47,053 bases of DNA from an uncultured delta proteobacterium. GTDB taxonomy: Bacteria > Desulfobacterota > Binatia > UBA9968. A model generated the notes under the pieces. The model worked only from the letters and a program-made list of their open reading frames with translations. It made no database searches and was not told the origin of the DNA. Below are positions 41,529 to 47,053 of the stretch, one piece after another. Each line of letters starts with the position of its first letter. Position 1 is the first letter of the stretch. The translations under genes were made by a program, and so were the position numbers. The stretch is taken from contig CAVSLC010000026.1 of NCBI GenBank assembly GCA_963728565.1, positions 1 through 47,053 on the forward strand, read 5' to 3'.

Positions 41529-41873
41529 CTATTTTCCGTCGTCGATGCTGACGACGATGATCGCGTTGGCGATCAGCCATCCGTCCTTGCCCGTTTCATT
41601 GAGCACCTGCAATCCGCCTTGAACCACGTTGACGTGCCCGCCGCCGTGGGGCAACGTTTCCAGCACGGCCTGCTTATCTACCGCTTCGGGCTTCGGCACG
41701 CCGATGGTGACATCGACCCGCATATCGTCGGCGGTCTTTCCCACTAGCTTGGGAAATCCCAAGCTGCTGTGATGGATGGCATCGAACACCGCTCGCTTGG
41801 CGGCACTCGTGTAATCCAATCCGTGAACATCCACTCCCATCCCCATTTCTGTAACGCACCGTACCAAAGCCAT
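41529..41873 (-). CDS. Lin0512 family protein
   Basis: EMGMGVDVHG.DYTSAAKRAVFDAIHHSSL, VTIGVPKPEAVD, LPHG, GGL, IANA; GGAGG RBS. Confidence 0.88.
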   Translation of the reverse strand: MALVRCVTEMGMGVDVHGLDYTSAAKRAVFDAIHHSSLGFPKLVGKTADDMRVDVTIGVPKPEAVDKQAVLETLPHGGGHVNVVQGGLQVLNETGKDGWLIANAIIVVSIDDGK

Positions 41874-41910
41874 ACTTAGTTACCTCCATGAAGACGAACC
41901 CATTTCAGAA

Positions 41911-42176
41911 GTTCCAAAGGTTCCAATGTTCCAGACGTTCCAATCGTTTCGAATCCGGACAACCCGACGCATGCCAATACGAAGATACGCTGAAGTTCTG
42001 GAACGAAGCAACAGCTGGAACGACAGGAATCTTTCGAACTAGTTTGCCTTGCGACGTGTCGAATCAACTATTGTGCTCGAGACCATTGGAACCATCGCAA
42101 CGTCTGCACGAATGGAATTGTCTTCTCTGACGTTTTGAACGATTGGAACGGAGCGTAGCGGTTGAACGTTTTGAAC
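41911..42176. repeat. Composite intergenic repeat: ~9-bp GTTCCAA tandem (41911-41954) opposite TTGAACG/TTGGAAC units (42130-42176)
   Basis: GTTCCAAAG GTTCCAAT GTTCCAGAC GTTCCAATC at left; GAACGATTGGAACGGAGCGTAGCGGTTGAACGTTTTGAAC at right. Confidence 0.7.
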
Positions 42177-42180
42177 ACGT

Positions 42181-43530
42181 TCATTTTCCCAACGAAGCTG
42201 CCGCATGCTCCGCCGCGATCATGCCGAGACCGAGCGAAGCCAACAATCCGTTTCCCGGCAGATAGCCTTCCAGCCCTTTGCCCGAGACACCCACGGCGAC
42301 ACCGCCGCCGGCGTAAAGATTGGGAATGATCGATCCGTCGGCGCGCAGAACCTGGGCGTCGGTGTTCACCTTCAGGCCGCCCTGAGTATGGTAGAGCGCC
42401 ACGGTTACTTTGATGCCATAGTAGGGCGCCTCGAAAGGCTGGGGCAGAACGCGCCCGAAAGCGTCTTTTTGACCACGCGCCGAGAATGCGTTGCACTCGT
42501 CGATGGTTTGCTTCAGCCCCTCGGCGTCGATGGCCAGTTTGCCGGCGAGCTCCTCCGGCGTTTCGGCCTTCAGCAAAAGCCCGGCGTCGAAAAGACGTCG
42601 CAAGCTTCTCAGGCCCGGCGCGTCTCGATGCGACTGAAAAATCCGCTCATCGAAAATCTCGTAGGCTTGTTTGCCGGGCAGATCGAGCATTTTAATCCCG
42701 AGGCCGCCGGGGTATCGCGTCTCATCGACAAAACGCTTTCCCAAGGCATCGACCATGATGCCGCCGGACAGCGCGACTTCCGGCGGCACCGCGCGCTTTC
42801 CCGGACCGAGGTAGGCAGGATAGGGCTGGAACGCGGCCATGTTCTCCAGCGCCGCGCCAATCTCCAAGCCCATTTTGATGCCGTCGCCGGTGCTGCCATG
42901 ATGGCCGGGGAATGGGATGTCGACGGCTTTGGGAATGTATCGGGACAATAACTCCGTGCTCGCTCCGAATCCGCCCGAGGCCAGAATAATTTTTCGCGCG
43001 GTGAGAATTCCGTCTTTTGTTTTTACTCCGATGACGGCGCCGCCGGCGTCCCGTTCGAGCGCGAGCACCGCCGTGGAGAAGCGTAGCTCGATATTCTTTT
43101 CCCGCTCCACTGCCGCGAACAGAAAATCGGTGATGGTCTTGTCCTCCTTCCACGAGTGTGAGCGCTTGCCGCTGTGGCCGAAGGCAAACTCGCCGATTTG
43201 AAACTCGATGCCGGCTTGGTCCGCGAGAAAGTCGGCGACTCGCCCGGAATTCTCCGCCAGTCGACGGGTGAGGACGGCATCGCTCTCGCCGTTGTTGCGC
43301 CGCAAAATATCTTCGGCATAGAGGGCTGCGCTATCTTGGACGTTCAACTCACGCTGCCGGCGGCTGCCGGCGGCGCGAATGCCCTTGGACGAAAACGCTG
43401 TCCCGCCGCCGGGCTTATCCGTTTTCTCGAGCAACAACACCCGCGCGCCCTTCTTGGCTGCCACCAACGCCGCCATGAGCCCGCATCCGCCCGCGCCGAT
43501 GACGATGATGTCGGGATCTACGTTCTGCAT
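42181..43530 (-). CDS. FAD-dependent oxidoreductase (FAD_binding_2; flavocytochrome c/fumarate reductase flavoprotein-like)
   Basis: IGAGGCG, LASGGF, STGDG, GKRFVDE, HTQGGLKVN, IPNLYAGG. Confidence 0.88.
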   Translation of the reverse strand: MQNVDPDIIVIGAGGCGLMAALVAAKKGARVLLLEKTDKPGGGTAFSSKGIRAAGSRRQRELNVQDSAALYAEDILRRNNGESDAVLTRRLAENSGRVADFLADQAGIEFQIGEFAFGHSGKRSHSWKEDKTITDFLFAAVEREKNIELRFSTAVLALERDAGGAVIGVKTKDGILTARKIILASGGFGASTELLSRYIPKAVDIPFPGHHGSTGDGIKMGLEIGAALENMAAFQPYPAYLGPGKRAVPPEVALSGGIMVDALGKRFVDETRYPGGLGIKMLDLPGKQAYEIFDERIFQSHRDAPGLRSLRRLFDAGLLLKAETPEELAGKLAIDAEGLKQTIDECNAFSARGQKDAFGRVLPQPFEAPYYGIKVTVALYHTQGGLKVNTDAQVLRADGSIIPNLYAGGGVAVGVSGKGLEGYLPGNGLLASLGLGMIAAEHAAASLGK

Positions 43531-43578
43531 GAGATCTGATTCCCAGGGACCAACTTCTCAGACATGACGCTTACTCGC

Positions 43579-44868
43579 TCATCCTGATTTCGAGAATACC
43601 CGGTACACAGCCTGTGCCCCTTCCAACAGACGGTGGTCCTGGTTGCGATGACCGATGAGCTGAATGCCCACCGGCAAACCGGATGGTCCGGTAAAGACTG
43701 GCAGCGTGAGACAGGGAGTATAGGTCCACGTCGATAGAATATTGAAAGACGTATCGCCAGTGCTGGCCAGTCCGGCCGGAGCTTCGCCGGGCGCGCTCGG
43801 TGTGAGCAGCAGGTCTAAATCTTTCATAGCGTCGGCGAGATGACTGCGGCACTTCTCCAGCACGTCCTCGGCTTCGCGGTATTGCTCGTACGAGATATTG
43901 AGCCAGCCGGCGAACTTATCGCGCTGGAACTGGCTCAAGAGGTCCCAATGATGCTGCCGTTCCCAGCTAAGGCCGCGCGAGAACTCGAAATCATTGATGC
44001 GCCGGCCCATGGTCTCGAACTGTTCGAACGGCGCTCCAAGATCGACGTCGGAGACTTTCGCTCCGGCCTTCGCCAGCGCGCTTGCGGCCTCTTCAAGAAA
44101 TTTCTTGGTGTATTCCTCGGCGCGGTCCCAGAACAGTCGGCAAAAGCCGATTTTGAGCTGGTTTACTGAAACATCGGCGAGAGGTTTCGCGGGAAATCCT
44201 GTCAGGGCAGCTCGGAACAGCGCGAGATCCTCGACAGCGCGAGCGAACAACCCAACGGTGTCGAACGATGCGGTATTCTGCTTCACGCCCTGCGTGCTGA
44301 ATTCGCCGAAGCTCGGCTTGTAGCCAATGCAGCCGCAGAACGCCGCCGGACGGATCACCGATCCGACGGTTTGGGTGCCGAACCCCAGCGGCACCATGAA
44401 ATCGCCGACCGCGGCCGCCGAGCCGCTGGAGGAGCCGCCGGGGGTATGCTCCGGGTTGTGCGGATTGGTGGTGTGTCCCAGTGGAGATCGACTGGCGAAC
44501 TCGGTCGTGACCGTCTTGCCCAACAGCACTCCGCCGGCCGCGCGGCTGAGCGCCACACAGGCAGCGTCCGCCTTCGGACGATTGCCTTTATAGATGGGAG
44601 ATCCGTACTCCGTGGGCAAATCGGCGCTATCCATGATGTCCTTGGCGGCGAACGGAATCCCGTGAAGGGGCCCGCGCTTGGCGCTCTTGTCGCATTGCCG
44701 CGCCTGCGCCAGGGCAAATTCGCGGTCCAGATGGACCCACGCCTTCACTTGCGATTCCCGCGAATCGATCCGCTCCAGGCAGGAGCGCACCAGAGCTTCG
44801 GACGTGAGTTTGCCTTCGCCGATGCGCGCCGCCGCTTCATTCGCCGATAAGCGAAATAGATCTGCCAT
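43579..44868 (-). CDS. Amidase signature family protein
   Basis: GPLHGIPFAAKD, GKTVTTEFA, TPGGSSSGSAAAV, GTQTVGSVIRPAAFCG; AGGAG RBS before ATG 44868. Confidence 0.92.
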   Translation of the reverse strand: MADLFRLSANEAAARIGEGKLTSEALVRSCLERIDSRESQVKAWVHLDREFALAQARQCDKSAKRGPLHGIPFAAKDIMDSADLPTEYGSPIYKGNRPKADAACVALSRAAGGVLLGKTVTTEFASRSPLGHTTNPHNPEHTPGGSSSGSAAAVGDFMVPLGFGTQTVGSVIRPAAFCGCIGYKPSFGEFSTQGVKQNTASFDTVGLFARAVEDLALFRAALTGFPAKPLADVSVNQLKIGFCRLFWDRAEEYTKKFLEEAASALAKAGAKVSDVDLGAPFEQFETMGRRINDFEFSRGLSWERQHHWDLLSQFQRDKFAGWLNISYEQYREAEDVLEKCRSHLADAMKDLDLLLTPSAPGEAPAGLASTGDTSFNILSTWTYTPCLTLPVFTGPSGLPVGIQLIGHRNQDHRLLEGAQAVYRVFSKSG

Positions 44869-45107
44869 GTGATTCTCCTTCAACGATTGTAAAGAGGAAT
44901 TCATCCGGAAACTTTTCCGAACATAACCGAGCAGGCGTGGTGACTGCAACAACAACTCGAACGAGCGGCGACCCCGAGTGCGGAAAGGAGACCTTCTTTT
45001 TCTCTTGCGTGACGAGCAGGAACCGCGATAGATGGCACTTATGGAACGGACGGCGCGCGGTTCGGTACGCCGAATTCGTTATCGCATAATCGTGCTGAAA
45101 GCCTCTC

Positions 45108-45234
45108 GCAGGCTGCTCAAAAAGATTCAGAGGCGAGACGCGCGAAAAATCGACGAGAGGAGGCGTACTTACAGTACGTCGCAGCGAGGCGATTGAGCGG
45201 CAACGAAGCATATGGGTCTTTTTCAGCAGCCTGC
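45108..45234. mobile_element. MITE-like element, copy 2
   Basis: GCAGGCTGCTCAAAAA ... CAGTACGT ... GCAACGAAGCATATG ... TTTTTCAGCAGCCTGC then TAG. Confidence 0.75.
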
Positions 45235-45249
45235 TAGAAAGGGAAGATC

Positions 45250-46401
45250 ATGGCACGAAACGGTTACAAAATTCTCGATAGCGACATGCATGTGTACGAA
45301 CCGCATGATCTGTATCTGAGATATATGGATCCCAAGTGGGGGGAGCGGATTCCGCAAGGCGCGCCGCGCCAGCGGCATGGTCAAATCAAGTTTACGCTGG
45401 CGAACGGTAAGCCGCTGCGGCCGTCCGGGACAGCATCGCTGAGCGCGACTTCACCCAAGAAGAACGTTAACGAAGCTGCGCCCGGCGAAGCGGAAGTAGC
45501 GCACCGATACGAAAGAGCGCTGGCGCGGGATTACGACGCGGTGTCGCAGCTGGAAGCGATGGACGTCGAGGGTTTGGACGTGGCGGTGCTGTTTCGGACT
45601 TTTCCGCTGCATTGCGACGACAGCCTGGAGCCGGAATACGCCAACGATCTGTGCCGCGCATGGAATAGCTGGATGGCGGACTTTTGCAAAGTCGATTCCA
45701 AGCGGCTCCGACCCTCGGCGCTGATCACGCTTCATGACGTCGATCTGGCGGTGGACGAAACGCGCCGCGCGATCACGGAATTAGGCGCCATCGGTTTATG
45801 TCTGGTGCCGGAGCCGGCCAACGGGCGCCACATACACGATCGCTACTACGATCCGGTGTGGCGCGAAGCGGAGAAGCTCGGGGTACCGGTGTGTTTTCAT
45901 CCGGCGGCCAATCCCAACACCGATCAGGTAGTGCATCGTTTCAAAGGCCATAACAATGAAGCGGTTCTGATCAACGCTTTTCGCAATCCCGTGGAGCTGA
46001 TGCTGGCGGTTGGGAGTTTTTGCGCCGGCGGTGTTTTAGAGCGATTCCCCAAGCTGCGGGTAGCGTTTCTCGAAGGCAATTGCGGCTGGTTACCCTGGGC
46101 GCTATATCGCTTGGACGAACGCTGGGAGATGCGCAAGGGGTACTGCAACGAGCCGATGAGCATGAAGCCGAGTGATTATTTTATGCGCCAATGCTTTATC
46201 TCGGTGGATGTTGAAGAGGACTTGCTCGGCGACGTGCTCAGACGAATCGGCGACGACAACGTGGTGATCTCCACGGACTATCCGCACGCCGACTCTCACT
46301 GGCCGGATGCGATGAACCATTTTATGGCGCTGGAGATGCCGAGCAATTCACGAAGGAAAATTCTCTGGGACAACTGCGCTCGCCTTTACGGCGTTCAATA
46401 A
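45250..46401 (+). CDS. Amidohydrolase family protein (Amidohydro_2)
   Basis: DSDMHVYEP, CFHP, LERFPKLRVAFLEGNCGW, STDYPHAD, ILWDNCARLY. Confidence 0.92.
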   Translation: MARNGYKILDSDMHVYEPHDLYLRYMDPKWGERIPQGAPRQRHGQIKFTLANGKPLRPSGTASLSATSPKKNVNEAAPGEAEVAHRYERALARDYDAVSQLEAMDVEGLDVAVLFRTFPLHCDDSLEPEYANDLCRAWNSWMADFCKVDSKRLRPSALITLHDVDLAVDETRRAITELGAIGLCLVPEPANGRHIHDRYYDPVWREAEKLGVPVCFHPAANPNTDQVVHRFKGHNNEAVLINAFRNPVELMLAVGSFCAGGVLERFPKLRVAFLEGNCGWLPWALYRLDERWEMRKGYCNEPMSMKPSDYFMRQCFISVDVEEDLLGDVLRRIGDDNVVISTDYPHADSHWPDAMNHFMALEMPSNSRRKILWDNCARLYGVQ

Positions 46402-46642
46402 CCGATAGTCTGCACGAAGCAGCGTTTACACAGCGATCAGGTCTAGTGTTGCAGCATGCTGTTATAACGTAAAGTCATCACTGTTGCGTTGGGTATCGAG
46501 TATTCCGGCGCAACTCTATCATGTGACTCCCGCTACGGGCCACTTTCCGGATCGGGCCATGACAACTTCATTTAACAACGTAAGATAACGTTTAAGCGCT
46601 TGGAGTTCGGTTCTTAGGGAGAAGCGTTCTCTAAAAAAAACG

Positions 46643-46890
46643 ATGCACCGAGCAAACCGTCATTTTCTGCCTGCTTATACTTGGTATTCAAGCATCAGTT
46701 CAGCAGCTAGTTCCAATATTTCCAATTGTTTTAGCGGGTGCAGTCGCTCCGCTAGGATAGTTTGGAGGACAACCGTTCAACGGTTTCATCGTTCAACGAC
46801 AGGGGAAACTTCCACGTTTCGGGGATTCTAGGAACCCGCGATCGTCGCCGGTATCTGCATTGGTTTTGGCAGCAAAGAAGCGATTTGACA
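46643..46890 (+). pseudogene. Decayed REP-associated tyrosine transposase (RAYT/Y1) N-terminus interrupted by repeat sequence
   Basis: MHRANRHFLPAYTWY, then ~150 bp with GTTCCAA/GTTCAA units, then RDRRRYLHW and frameshifted AKKRF. Resembles the MPRANR.FLPG..WH...RDR..YL.W.FEAKKRF start of such transposases as recalled. Confidence 0.55.
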
Positions 46891-47053
46891 GCGAGCAGAT
46901 CAACGAATACGTTTGGCAGGAATGCTGATATTCAGCACGGCAAACGTGGCTTCGCCGAAATTCAGCGCGAAAATTAATGACCATCTCTCGCCTTTGACCG
47001 CATCTTCCACGGCTGCCGCAACGTTTGACGAAAGATGTCGATGACTACCGGTT

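Noticed and set aside
37304-41873. Integron or diversity-generating retroelement explanation for the repeats
   Set aside because: No integrase, attC-like sites or reverse transcriptase seen; differences between copies are mostly synonymous rather than adenine-specific.
41911-42176. CRISPR array
   Set aside because: Units are about 9 bp and degenerate, without unique regular spacers; no cas genes.
42205-42951. Long antisense ORFs (also 20244-21062, 23879-24502, 36490-37242)
   Set aside because: Shadows of well-supported genes on the opposite strand in GC-rich DNA.

Overview
A bacterial chromosomal segment with no rRNA, tRNA or CRISPR array. The gene content suggests Candidatus Binatia (inference): orphan NMT1/SsuA-type binding proteins, VOC protein, amidohydrolase, amidase and GTTCAA/GTTCCAA-type intergenic repeats. 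From left to right: three ABC substrate-binding proteins and a VOC gene around a G97-A101 homopolymer (probable assembly artefact); a collagen-like membrane protein, an HExxH metalloprotease and two MBL hydrolases; a DUF58/BatA-vWA/DUF4159/GATase1-like operon with no MoxR ATPase; a redox/detox block (cupin, flavin disulfide reductase, Dps, SOD, RND pump, GST, GFA, MsrA, MAPEG); a partner-switching operon (sensor-HAMP-PP2C-RsbW fusion, STAS, MBL fused to a degenerate HATPase) followed by a TIR protein; and catabolic genes. The strongest unexplained structure is at 37.3-41.9 kb. The 3' end of a Lin0512-family gene occurs three times with progressive decay, and the copies separate cassettes (fitA/vapC-type TA pair; HEPN-like ORF, vapC remnant, DUF1080, hydrolase). 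This suggests repeated 3'-end-replacing insertions, although no integrase is present in the window. MITE-like and REP-like repeats and a decayed RAYT-type transposase are also present. About ten single-base frameshifts suggest a noisy assembly, so pseudogene calls are tentative.
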